Assembly: GCA_040954595.2 (NCBI GenBank)
Contig: CM082579.2
Span: 8,049,625 to 8,113,624, forward strand
Source of the DNA: Balanoglossus misakiensis
Taxonomy: Eukaryota > Animalia > Hemichordata
DNA: 64,000 bases
Direction: 5' to 3'
In this document: positions 1-13,508 of the stretch, piece after piece
Position numbering within the stretch: position 1 is the stretch's first letter
Layout: each line of letters starts with the position of its first letter
Made by a program: the position numbers and the translations under genes
The notes under the pieces: generated by a model
Databases searched by the model: none
The model's input: only the letters and a program-made list of their open reading frames with translations
What the model was told of the DNA's origin: nothing

Positions 1-1872
1 TATGATCCTCTAATTGGTACACGCACCGTTAGGGCTTCCCTCACGGCTTACTTAAAGGACTTCGTTTTCTGACATTAAAGGATTAGTTCAGGCGAGGACC
101 TGCGTCCTGTTGCAGCAAAATTGCTCTCCCAGATTTAAAAAAAGGGATTACCAGAGCACTGCCTGAATAACACAACATGTGCCGCGCCAAATGACTTCTG
201 ATGGCTCAACCGAAATTTGGAGAGCTACATATCTCAATTTTCACCATGAGTTGGCCTGTTTTATGTGATTACGCAAACATTGGTGGGTGGGGTAACTGCA
301 TTAGACACATTAGGAGATCAAAGTGAGTTTCCAGGCAGCAGCTGTCAAATTCATGCAGCAGCAGATAGAGACTGCATGTCATTTCAAATTTGCAAAAATG
401 CATTACGAAATTTCCAACTTTCCTCTCAATTAACCACTGTATCAAAAAAATAAAGACAAGTATCACTTTTGAAAGGTGAGACATATTATTTTGTGAGAGT
501 GAACAAGTCTAGATAAGTCTTACCCTAGGAGTTTTATTATCATTATTATTTTTATTAGAAATACAATGTACTATTAATTTTATCATATCAGCACTTTGCT
601 TGGCTTCGTTACTTTAAGCCAATCAGCAGTTTGTGCCAACTGATTGCCTTCCAACAAACCAATCAGTGGCCAGCACCGACTTCCTCAATCAATCAGCAGT
701 GATTGCTGTACTCAGGCGAAATTCCCTCGACCAGTCGTCAATCCGACCGCTGCGCCTTGTCAATTTCCTCAAGTAATCAGCAAGCTTTAATGGCCACAAT
801 ACTGTCTCTATTCTCATCACCATGTTTTACGAGTGACCCCACATCCAACTATGTATAGCTGCATATGCATCTTGGGTTCTAGGACAGTCACCCCCTGGAC
901 ATTTAGCCACTAGACAATTATCCCAAACCTGGTGATGGGCAGAAGGTGATCAGGGGGTGGCCCTCCTGATACTGCATCTTCAGGTGATGACATTTCATCA
1001 CAACACGTACACTGCAATGCTGCCGAATAAACTCTGCGACATTACTGTATTCATGAGGAAATCCTACCCTTAATTGAGACCGATACATTGCACGCACATC
1101 TTCTAATACACAACATCTGGGGTTATAATCTGTCCACTGTGAACTAATACATGTATATATTGCTCAAGCAGCAGTTGCATCAAAGCTAATCTTTTGTTAC
1201 TTAACTACCTTAACTAGATCAAAGGGAAAGTATAATAAGTACGTGTGTATGAAACGTCTGCGTTTTAAAAGGCAGGAATTCTATTTTTTAAATCCGATAA
1301 CTGCTGTGTGGCTGATAATGGAGCATCCGGAATCGGTCGCCAGTCTTTAACGACTTTTGAATGAACAGTCCAGACAGCGAGAGGGAGCTCTTTCAAGGAA
1401 CAGCAAACACGACGGTCTCTTAATGATATTTTTTAGTAATATTTCATAGAAACCCGAAAGAATTATGAGGCTTTTGTTTCCAGTAGAGGTCACCGGGGGT
1501 CAAGAGCCCCCGTTCTCCTGATTCAAATTACATGGCTTTTATGAAGCCCTTAAAAAGCAATTTAGGTCTGGCTTTTTTCAAAGCTTACGGGAGAAATCGC
1601 TTGATGTACAGTTGCTGATAATGATTTTACAAAGACCTACAAACCCTGAAATGACTCTTGCTATTAAAAAGTCCAACCAACAGATTTTCAGAAAACTAAC
1701 TGATAGTCCTCCAAAACCTTCAAATTCGTTGCTTATATTAAAGTGTGTCTTTTTGAAATTTCAAAACAAAGAAGATTAATGGCTGTTGATTGTCTTGTTT
1801 TAATGGAAATTGCAACTTTAAATTTTCTCCATGGACAAGCTTGGTGGCAAAACACAGCCAATGAGGCTTTAA

Positions 1873-1966
1873 CCCTTTCACCACCTGACCATGGTATGTA
1901 GCTGGTACGTTCCATTGATCTCAAAGGCAATGTTGGACCTCTGTACAGGGAAATGGGGTGAAAGGG
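1873..1966. mobile_element. piggyBac-like MITE (94 bp) with TTAA target duplication
   Basis: TTAA|CCCTTTCACC ... GGTGAAAGGG|TTAA; related copies at 41221-41305 and 43734-43768. Confidence 0.8.
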
Positions 1967-4900
1967 TTAAAGGCAACATGACTCAAGTATTGACATCGTA
2001 CATTCACAGAATAAAAGTTTCCAGCACACATGTGCAAGCAACACTCAAGTCTGACAAGTTCAGGATCCAACCATGAAGGCCATGCACGCATTTCACATGC
2101 CTCATGTTTGACATTGGATTAAATTCGGCCACGACCTTTATTTACTGGCTCAAATTTCGATGACAAGGCACGAACTTGACCCCCCCTGGGATCAATAGCC
2201 CGGCCAACGACCCCTGTGTCCCCTATGCAGCTGAGTATACATTGTCTCAAGTACAAGTACACCACTGCAGAAAACAAGTGAGATTCACCCAACGGCAGTG
2301 GTGGGACTGGACTTTTGCTCGAGACTAAATAAACTGCCTTAAAGTTAGCTACAGCTTATACTGATGCATTGTAAGCGATATGCATCTATACCAGCAAGAA
2401 ACGACAGCACATGCCCCAAATCACAAATACTGGTTTGCAAATCATACAAAACACTGACATTGCTGAAGGCTAGCGGTTCTCAGCACATACACGTACCATG
2501 TATTAAAAGCTGTGACTATACATACTTACAGAGTACACATGTACAGACGTCAGCAGTGGCTCTGTAAAGTCTGAAGTTGTTATGCAGTCTCGGGAGGCTA
2601 TATCACAATGAGTAATTTGCAGCAAACAATCTCGAGTTATTTCACGACTTAATCAACTGGCAAAATGGCTGTAAATTTACCTATCAGCATCTCTCGGGGG
2701 TTCCCAGACAACTTTCAACGCGAGAACGGTTCTCCCAGAAAAAGTTCCACTCCAGCAAAATTGATGAATGTCATCGCAGATGTAATGAAAGTAACGTCAT
2801 GTCCTGCCTTATCGTTCCGCGGAGCAGTCGGCTAATTAGGCTCCATGGCATTCATAAATTAACCAATGATCACTTCTTTGCCGGAGTTACGCGAAAACAA
2901 TGGGACGTCACGTAAGGTGCACAAGAGTACTTAATTGGGTGATGTTTAGCACTGATCAATTACACACATCCACACAAAGAAACTGGAGTCATGATATCGC
3001 TGGCCAGTAAAGCCGCATTCAACTTTCTACATGTTATTTGACACGTTGAATTGTGGGGGCTTGTGACGCTAAGTATTGAGCATGCGGCCACTTTTGCATC
3101 AGAGACAAAACACCGTGCCAAACACACCACCCTAAGTACAAGGCTGCCACACACGTAAAAGGGGCAGCGGGGAGCATAAGATCAAGATTATGAAAAATAA
3201 AAACACACATCACAAAATCTGCTGCATCTCCAATATATATACAGAAAACGCTATGTTTCTTCAATGCACCATCGTTTCTCTGAAGCGAAAATATCATCAG
3301 TTCTTTTGGCTTGGACAATTATTCGTTTGACTCTACTGGGACGGTTGGGGTTGCCGCTTCACTTTAGATGCAATTTTAGATTCCGCATTTCTGACGTCGT
3401 TCATTGAACTTGGGTACGCACATTTCTTTTCATTGATATGATTGAATGAATGAAAATGTGGGACGTCCTTCCGAGTGCCTTGTATCACAATAATGTGACG
3501 GTTGTCCTTAGACTAAAATGTGCGTGTGTGTTCATGCTATAGGTTGACACACACACAATCACTTTTACAGTAAGCAGGACAACGTTATAAACTGCAAACA
3601 TTTCGTGTGAATGTTCAATGCTGTACGGTAGTGCATGAAAGACACTTGACACCCGCACACACAACCAGACAGACTCGCAATGATGTGTACCTCTAAAGAG
3701 GACACCTCTCAAGGGTCTACACTTGTTCACAATGGAGTGAAAAGGCAAGCTTTTCAGCTGGGGCTAAGGCTTGGACGCAATTATAATATCGACAATGGAA
3801 ACAAGGTTTACCATAATTGATTTCTGGGCAGTTTTCCATCCCCCCACGGAATTACTTAGCAGGGCAATGAAATTAATTACCTGAATGGCCATTTTGAGAA
3901 AAAGTTATTGATTGTCAGCTGGTCGGTCCATGCCAGTGGACTTTACCTTAGACATTAAATGATGAGGCACAATGAAGCTTTTCTCAGAGTGAGGTAGACT
4001 TTAGTGACTTTATTTCATTCAGATCCTTAAGATGTTTTTCTAACTGTCACGCGCTAAGTATGCCCTTTACCCAGAAAAAGTACTTGTAACTGTGTAAGCT
4101 GCCATTCAGGTTTCTGGGTTTTGTTTGTTTGGCGACTTCATCCGCTGTGCACATATTGTGCTTTGCTTGCAAATATTGGCGCTTGGTATGATGAGGACAA
4201 GGACCCGAGGTTGAGAGGAAAGTTTCATCGGTGTTGGGTTGGGCGAAAAAGACAATGTGATCAGCACGCGTGAAACGATGTGGCAAATCGCAGCGGAAAG
4301 CTTTTTTCTCTAAAAAGGTTTGGTGCGAGCACTTGAATTTTTCATGCGGGTTTTTCGCACGGTGGGCACGTCAGTGAGATTTGTCAAATAAGGAAGTGAC
4401 AGGAGCTTGTGAGAAGAACGCATCTCGGCGACTGCGGCAATCGGTCTGAAAACTCGGGATGGGAGCCAAGCGAAAGAGCGATGTCTTCAATAATTCAGGC
4501 GGGGGGGAGGCGACGGCCCGAACCATCGCTTCGCAAACCATTCTACTGTAATTTAATTGGCAACTTTTGTAACAGTGACATCGTTAGTGCTTCGGTGCGT
4601 GAATAGGACCGGAGTTTTCAGTGTTGATTAGGGTGAGGGGTCTGTAAACACAGCCACAGGGCAGGCAGATTCCGCTGAGACTTGGACAATAATGTGTTAT
4701 TTTAGACAACTCAAAAGACCAGAAACGCAGACTTCGGGCAGTGTGTGTGTGTGTGGATATATCCGCATACAATGTAGCACTTAGCACTTTAGGAAGGCTT
4801 CAACTCCCATGGCAAATATTCTTACTACGCATCAAGCAGGATTTCGCAAAGCTGCTTCCCCAAGTGTCAAAACTATAGGTGCCCTACGCTTACATATATA

Positions 4901-7900
4901 CAATGTATTTAAACTCTCTCTTTTGCAATTTCCGGTGCAGCTCTGCAAAGCTAAAATCGCTGTCTAGCAATGTGGGCAAATTTGAAAAGTTCGAGTATGA
5001 GCTCAGGGAAAATTTGTCACCTTGAAATTCGTAATGAGACCTGTTATTGATTAAACAAGTCATTATATTGATATGTCTATGTCGTCTTGTCACAGTTCTC
5101 AACATAATGCAATAAAATTTATTCTGAAGTCGCAACGGTTTGCTGACTCAGCATATATAGAAAGCGACTCATGCTATTACAGTGTGATGTTGTGTAAGAT
5201 TATTGGAATATAAATCTGAACTTGAACTGACAGGAAATTACTGTCAGCCATGTACAATTTTTAACTGCACCGGCCACCATCCCATTATCCACTTAACTCG
5301 TTTCAGAAACGTGAATTTTGCATGACAACATCATTTTTCATTTATTTTCTGGTGTTTATAAGCACAAACACACTTAGAATCACTTGTAAGGAATCAAACA
5401 GGACGGAACTGAAATATCCATAATTCACACGTAGGACTGAGCAGCCAGCCAAGCAACATTGAAGAACAGGTAACCACACACAAACTGTACAAACTTCTGC
5501 CAAGTATGTCTCCCTAAAGGTGTCAGAAAGACCAAACCATTAAGGGGGAGGGGGGTTCCCTCCCCCCTGAAGTAGAGCCCTACCCCAAAAGATGACGGAA
5601 TCGCCACATACCTTGTAGACTGAAGACCAGCCATAAACGGCCACGTCAGTGATCAATGTTTACTTCCCAGAGGGATTAAAGGTGTTGGCAGAGCAAGGTC
5701 AAGTCTTTTTTCAAACTACAAGGTTGAGTGAAGCCACAATGATATCTGTTTACTTATAGCTTGAAAGGAACCGTCCGTTTGATGTCAAAGCCCGACTTAA
5801 ATACTGATAACAAAAAAATCAGGTTGTTCGACACGGCAAGATTTGACCAGTTAAACTGCTTGGTAGCTATGTCAAGTGTCTCTGACAAAACTGCTGCTAA
5901 GATATTGCAATGCTCAAACTGTCAAAGCCAGCCACAGATAGCCAACAAAATGATAGCAGTGTTCCCCTTTAATGGCTCTCTCCCTCTCTCTCTCTCTCTC
6001 TTTTTAAATTTCAAATTCAAACAGAGATCTGTTCAACCCACACCATTAACACTTTTTGTTATTTCCCTCATGCTTCAACTGTTTTCAATTACTCGCACTA
6101 CAAAATTATGATTTCTAATAAAAAGCTCAGCCTGACGTTGAAATTACTTCATTATCCCGGCAGAGCGATTGTGTTGACTCACCAGAATGGCAAATCTCGA
6201 CTTCGAGCCATGGGGGGTTAAAGTGACACATTAACCACTTTCGCTCAGTGTACCCCGCACAAAATGCATTCGGCGAATCAAATCGAAGAAATGAGACCGC
6301 TTCCGATGCAATACGCTTTCTCATTTCGCAATTTTGTACCACGGATTCCCGACTTCCTGCGATTCTTGGCTCGCGACATTCACCGGGCAATGAAACAAAT
6401 AAAAGGCGTTTGCTTCTCAATAAACTCGTGCAACGTGCGGTTTAGAATCAAAAGCCGCTGATGTCCTGAAGTGCGGCGGGGATAAAAAAAAACACATCGC
6501 ACACGCGACAATCGCTGCGACGAGGGGGAAAAAGGAAAGGTGTTTGAACCGTGTTACACGGCGCTTTTGAGGTGATTACACTCGATACATCAGTATTCCG
6601 GGGAAGTCAAACACTAAAAGCACTGCTAAATAGTTCATGCACCATTTCTCAGATGAATGCCGACTGCTCGCTGAATGGAGAGAGAAAAAAAACACTCGCT
6701 GTGCAGTGAAGGAGATACAGTACAAAGCAATTCACCAGTTATGCAAAGAGATGTTATCTCTCGGAGTCACCCAGCTGAGCAACCCATCCGGAGAATCACT
6801 CCGTCTGACATCGGATCAGTTTTCCTCAAAATGCAAAACATAAAAGCCAACACATGTACCCCTTGCAAAACTCGTCAGTCGTGACCTACAATTCTCACAG
6901 GAAAATGTTTCAAAATTACCATTAAATTGGTCCATATTTTTATAAACGTTATTATGTGTTTCAAGATGATGTCCTACTGGTTTGAAATACAAGATAAAGG
7001 AATGGCAAGATAATATTCTTTATTTATTTAATATAAAAAAATAAATTTATAAAATTCAAAATGAAAGCTTCCTAAACTGGGTGAAAGTATAATTCACATT
7101 CAATGAAATACAAGCAGATTTGATTCTGGTTAATATTTGTATTCAGTGCACTGTTAGAAGATAGTGCTTGACTTCAACAAAATGACATCTGAGTTTATAT
7201 CTTGACGAACTGTAACCTCTCGTGTGTGATTACAGAACACAGAGGAGAGATGTGGCTGATATTAAACACAACCTTTTGTCAAAAGTCAGTTGCCATGACA
7301 ATTTTTCTGGATACTTTACATGTACATGTACTTTGCTACAGCTTTCTGGTATGCAGTTCAGAATTAGCTTAAAAGCACTGGATGCAGACTGTATGATTTA
7401 CACAACTGACCAATCTCTTATCACTGCCACTAATGCACCAGGTGTACTGTCTGTATCAGGTTAGCATGACCTTGACCCTGTGACATGACCCTATGTGACC
7501 TCCACTGGTGTCATCCCCAATGTACAGAATCCCAGATACATAAGAATTACAGAGGGTTCATTAATTATAATGAAACATGTAATAATAAATTAATTAGAGT
7601 TCTTCCTTTCAGTTTGAACACTTCGCTCGTTTCCAGTTTAACATGAACTTGAACTTTATCCTGAGAGGTCGTAAAATCTAGATTTGATGAGAAAAGGGAC
7701 AGGTTCATATTTTTGAAGTGCGCGACCATGGCAACCGCATCACACATCAAAGAAGGACTACAGGAGCGTCCACGGTGTGGCAGAAATCACATACTCGTCC
7801 GCACACAAGTACACATACACACACACGCATGCATGCACATATTCCGGCTATATTTCACAAGATGGGCAAACCAATAAATTGCGAATAAAACTCGAATGGC

Positions 7901-10900
7901 TGTGGGGGGAACTCTAAACTCAGCCACAATGAAATTACTGGAAACTAATTGACTCGGCTAACCTCAGAGAATTTTCTTGTAAAGCGTTACCAGGATTCAA
8001 TAAAGCCTCGTCGCTGCCGTTTATTGACCAGTGTATTATTGCTACTTATAATGCGCCTTTTGTAAACGGTCATGTCCCCGTTGCATTCAATTTCAACAAA
8101 ATATCCATCATTCTGCAATGAACCATGCACAGTCATTTTTTTTACATTTGTGCATATTTCCCTGAATTTTTTTTTTTCAATACTGCATAATAACCCACAG
8201 CAACATTCAGTAGAAATTATTAATTGACATATTTTCACTGTTGAATGATCTTAGGAATTTTTGGATTAATTTATGTACATGTATTATGCATATGAGAATT
8301 TTTGAAGAGGGAAATTATGGCAATCAAAGATGGGTAATCTGTCACTGTGATATTCAAGTTCCTGGGGCTCAGTGCCATTTCTTGGCATCAAGATTGCTAA
8401 ACTGTACAAATTATATGCCTCAAGCAACTCGGAGAATATACCCAGAATGCAGTTGGCTGGATGCCATATTATTTCTGCAAAATTCCTATGGGAATGTCCA
8501 AGACCCATTTTCTGGTCTGACAATGGAGTCTGGATATTACTGAGACCCTATCTTATACCACACACGCTAGCTCAGTATATAGACAACAGAGCCAGTTTTT
8601 CAGACAATACTTTTCAGGTGGTCATTGTAGTTCACAACAGCCTCAAATATGAACTTCTTTCACACTTATTTGCATTAAAGGGCAAATGCCTTCCGTACAT
8701 ATTTTCTTAATATAACAGGAATGCCCACTTAAACAGGCGCAACACCCAAAAGAAAAATGTCAATTTCAACACTGAAAACTGACACCACTACTGCCATTAG
8801 ATCAATTTATAATTCATGATTAAACGATAACAATGTATGAATTATGGAAAGCTTGATTCCCATTTTCATATAAAATTGATAACTAGAGGCTGTTCATGTG
8901 ACATTTGCGCAAGGAGACTCCATCACCCCAGTGTTTGTTTTAGCCGAGACAAAATTTATCAGATTTTCATGACGGCAATTCAAAAGTGATTAACATGTCA
9001 CCAGAAATCGAGCGGTGTCGTGAAAATATCATTCCCATACGACACTTTAATAATTAATCGAACTTCTGGCAAAACAGGCAGGCGTGACTGACCTATGGAG
9101 AAGTGTTGGGAAATAACACATGGGACAACGATTTCTGGGGACACAGTGTTTTCCGGAATATCTTTAATTATGCAGGTGACATGAAACCTATACAAAGTAA
9201 AGCTGTAACATGACAGAAGTCATGAAAGTCCTATTTGATGAAACTTTTTTGGATTTTCAGTAATTTTAGACTTTGACTGTAGTAGTATTTCATCATCATA
9301 ATACCATGGACAATCATTTATCAAAAATCCTGAAAAACGTCAAAAGTTGCATAGCTTACTCTAGAAATGACAACTATCATTGGATACCCTGCACCTTAAC
9401 CTGAATGCAATCTAGATTCTCCAACCGGCAAATCGTTCATTGTGACAGACAGAAATTTCATTTCAAAAATAATATCAGCCCAGAAAAATAATGTTGATAA
9501 AATCTCCACACGTCTTGACATCACCAGGTAGTCCAATAACGTTTAAGCTATCATGTGTCAGTGAAACAAAAACTAATTTTTCCACACCGCAATAAAAATA
9601 TGATTGCGTTTCAGAAATATGAGAATTTCCTATCCCAAGTTTAATGAATGAGTTCATCAGTTCATCTGTGCTCAATCAGCAATCTAATCAATCACAAATT
9701 TGGGGATTTTCAACTTTTCTGCGTGTGTTATAACCTTTCTTCTTTCTAATAAAAGTTAGGTTAGGGTAATCTGAAACAGTAGTCCACATTTTCTTATTGT
9801 CGTGCACCTACTGCAAGTTAAGCTGAAGCTGCCTACAAACCCAGTGAATTTTCATTCAACAGCCATAGCGCCATAATTATTTATATCAGTGGAGATTAAA
9901 CCGACGAGCTCCCCATTGATGCTTCTAATGCCGCTTGTTCCATATATTTCCAGATAAAACGCAGCGACAAATCTCTTCTGCTTCGTGAAAATAATCGTTC
10001 CGAATATGGTTATTATTCTCTATTAGAAGGCCCGACTCGTCACTCACACAACAGTCGTTTTCTTAGATTGCTTTTTTGCCGTCGTATCTCAAAGAAATCT
10101 ATGACGCGGTGAACGGTCTCAATACCACGGTTCATGAAACCATGAATAACTGTCACCCTAGAATCTCCTCGGTAGCAGAAATCTCAAATATTTCTAAACA
10201 AGCGGGTTTTTTCTAAAATACAAAATGAAAGTCCAGCAAGCTGCAACGCACAAAAAAATGAAAACTTACCATCAGAGATTGGCAAAAATTTATCGTGAGA
10301 TGCAGGTCTGGCTTTTGTTTCCTTGGAGTATGCCAGGGAAGCAATTCTAAACTGGATACAGGAGTCCACAAAGGGCAAAAACATATCGCGGATTGTGCGT
10401 GCCAGCTGTAACCACGTGCATTTGTTTCGCCGACTATCCGAGCGAAAGTGTGTGCATCAGTGCAAACAAACGGAACAAAGCCTGCGTTTGCACTGGCTGA
10501 CGGACACTCAGAAATGTAGCTTTGAGGGGAAAAAATCACTTATTAATGCGTATTTATGACTGTGATGAAATGATGAAAATATGTCAAGACCTGTTTTGAA
10601 AAAGTGCAGCCACATCGTTACAGTGAACCATCCCGACTAAAGACCCGTTGAATGGTTACCATCATGATTACAGGAAATAAAAACAAGTCATTGTTGATGA
10701 CACAGTCCCTGTGACAGAATGCAAAAATGATGCGTTGCGGCTCGGAGGGATACGGCCGCTATACGGGGAATCACTCGTCCGCGACGCAGGCACACTCGTT
10801 CGAAATACAGGGGAATTATATATAAAAAATCCCTGACCCCAGCTGGCCTACACAGGAGGGGAACTGTAAATTTCGATCGCTATTTATTTTACCACAGTAC

Positions 10901-12982
10901 AATTGACACACATTTCATCTGCCGACAATTTTAATAATGAAAAACACGCCCAACAAATTGAACGGGGCTAATTACACGCACACCTGCTATCAACAGTTTG
11001 TAATCAACTAGTACCAGAGTAGACTCCTCTAAACTATATAAATGCTGTCATTATGGACAGCGTTGACATCTGCTGACCCTTGTACAGAGGGTCAATGTTT
11101 TTCATCTGTCAAAAGAACTAATAGAACTGAAATCCCAAGACGGTTGCTGAGAAAACGAGATAATAAGCGATGTAATTGTCTGCCTGTGGTAAGTCCAGAA
11201 CACTAACAAATTGTGGCAGTTCATCTCGGCACTGCATACCAAATATATATCATCGTATGGTCTTGTTTCTTTGAAAGTTAATCATTTATTCATTTCTGTC
11301 CTAATTTGGGTGATGAGGCGTTTCTTGCCCTGGTCAAAACAATTTCCATGTGATAATACACGAGATGTTATCTCGGTTCTTAAATTAAGATCTCAGCCTG
11401 ATAATGTCAAGAATTAGCGAGCAGTGACAACAATTTTAACCTCAATTTAATATATGAATACTTGCACGAGATCACAACTTTCTTATTCGGCTCTGTCATT
11501 TCATAGGGGCCATATTGAGGATTTTTCCAGGTCCTACATTTATGAAGCTATTTTTTTTCAAAGGATAATTTGGTATCAATAAAATCAAGGGTTTTGCGAG
11601 ATACATTGTCAATTTCATTGATGCAAACATTTTTTTAAATAGTGAAGCCAATCATTTTGCTGGTACAGATGAATAAGACTGGGATTTCTCAACTACCAGA
11701 CCGGATTAAAATTCCCCATCTTTCCAGGCTTAACTTGGAATTCCAAGACTTCCCAGGGGCGATACCAAAATCTCCAAGACTTTGCAAGTGTCCTTCCAGG
11801 GACTCAAAGACTTTCACAGATCTCTGTACTAGTATCCAGAAATGTTCTTGTTGGATTTCATGAGAGAAGCTGGAAACTGACAGGATTATCCAAGTTCCTT
11901 GAAAAGTGCATACAGTCACCTCTAATTTACATGTGCCCATATTTGGTCAAAAGGGCTTGCCTGGTCTTCTCCTCTCTAATACAGTAAAAGTTTTCCAATT
12001 TTTGTTGGAATAAGCACTCAGTGTTCGTTGAGCACATTGCCACCCAAGCAATACAGCACACCGCTTGCTTGCGTACACACCACAGACAATGGACGTCCAC
12101 GTACAGACATACACGTGCTTTTCAAAAGCAACAAACACGACCAATTCAAAGCAAATGCTTGCCCTTGGTACACAGACCCAGTCAGAAATCACACCAGCAA
12201 TGCAGGTGTGTGGGCAAATAAACTCAGTCATGTTAAAAGCAAAGGCAAACACAGATTACAAGCAAACTGTTTGCTCATAGCTCTTGGTTGTTTTAGAGGT
12301 GAAAGAAATATATTTACACACCGAGTAATACCCACTACCATTTCTTTGCATAATCTTTTTCGCAAATCAAAGTTCTAAAGTGGCTCTAGTAGATACCTCT
12401 GCATCATTTCTCTCTCTCTCTCTCTCTCCTATTAAAACTACACTGGGATCAGTGACTAATTAACCTGATACTCAGCTGTCGATTTTTATCGGCGTGCACC
12501 AGAAGGCTCGGAAGCTCGGCTGCAGATGGACTCAATTTAAAACTGCATAAATCTACATAGAGAACGGCCTAAAGACGGTTAGAGAGCAGACACGGGGAAT
12601 CCCAAATCCCTGTGCTGTAATTGAGGGGATTTGTAGCAAATTCAGCTGTCAGGAAGACGAGCGACCTCGCCTCTGATCACAACTCTGAGCAGCCTCTCCA
12701 CATGTACAAGCAAGCATTGTTTTTTTTTACAACAGAAACCCATTATTATTTTTGTACACTTTTAACTTCTTCCGAAAAGGGTATCAATTGATGTAATGAC
12801 AAAAAAATCAATCTATCCTTTTCTGAGGCACAGTTTGCATGGTGACATGATTTCTACTATGTATGCTGATTACCAGGTTACCTATAAAGTTATGGCAAGG
12901 ATTCGATAAGCACACATGCTGATGTGTTGGCAAACACACCAGTAATAATGGTAAAAGGATAATGTCCACGCCCTACCTGTGC

Positions 12983-13508
12983 GTTCCCTGGCTATTTTGA
13001 TTATTAGAAAATTCATTAAGTGTTTTTTTTAAGTTCATACATGTATGTAGGTCATTACTGCTTTCTCCCCCTCCAAAATGACAAATTTATGAGTGTTTGC
13101 CCGTACAACCACTGACAGCACATCCTGTTTGCAGTTAGGATGAAAACAGTTTCACAAGTGACATATGCTGAGATTTTGAATAAAACAAGGGTTTCAATAA
13201 AAATTCTTCTTCCTTTGGGATAAGGCATAGACAGTACTGTCTATGGATAAGGTAAGTCTGTCGGTTCCCTGATTATTTTGATTATAAGAAAAAGTATTTA
13301 GTGTTTTTTTTTTAAAGTTCATACATGTATGTAGGTCACATGTACTCGTTTCTCTCCCCCCCTCCAAAATGACAAATTTATGAGTGTTTACCCGTACAAC
13401 CACTGACAGTACATCCTGTTTGCAATTAGGATGAAAAAGGTTGCACAATGCTGAGGTTTTGAATAAAACAATGATTTCCATGAAAATAATTCTTCCTTTG
13501 GGAAAAGG
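12983..13508. repeat. Diverged local tandem duplication, period about 281 bp
   Basis: 12983-13225 aligns by eye with 13264-13508; shared blocks include AAGTTCATACATGTATGTAGGTCA, CCTCCAAAATGACAAATTTATGAGTGTTT and CCCGTACAACCACTGACAG. Confidence 0.9.

Noticed and set aside
5543-5568. Short G/C hairpin GGGGGAGGG...CCCTCCCCC
   Set aside because: Low complexity with no associated element ends; not interpretable.
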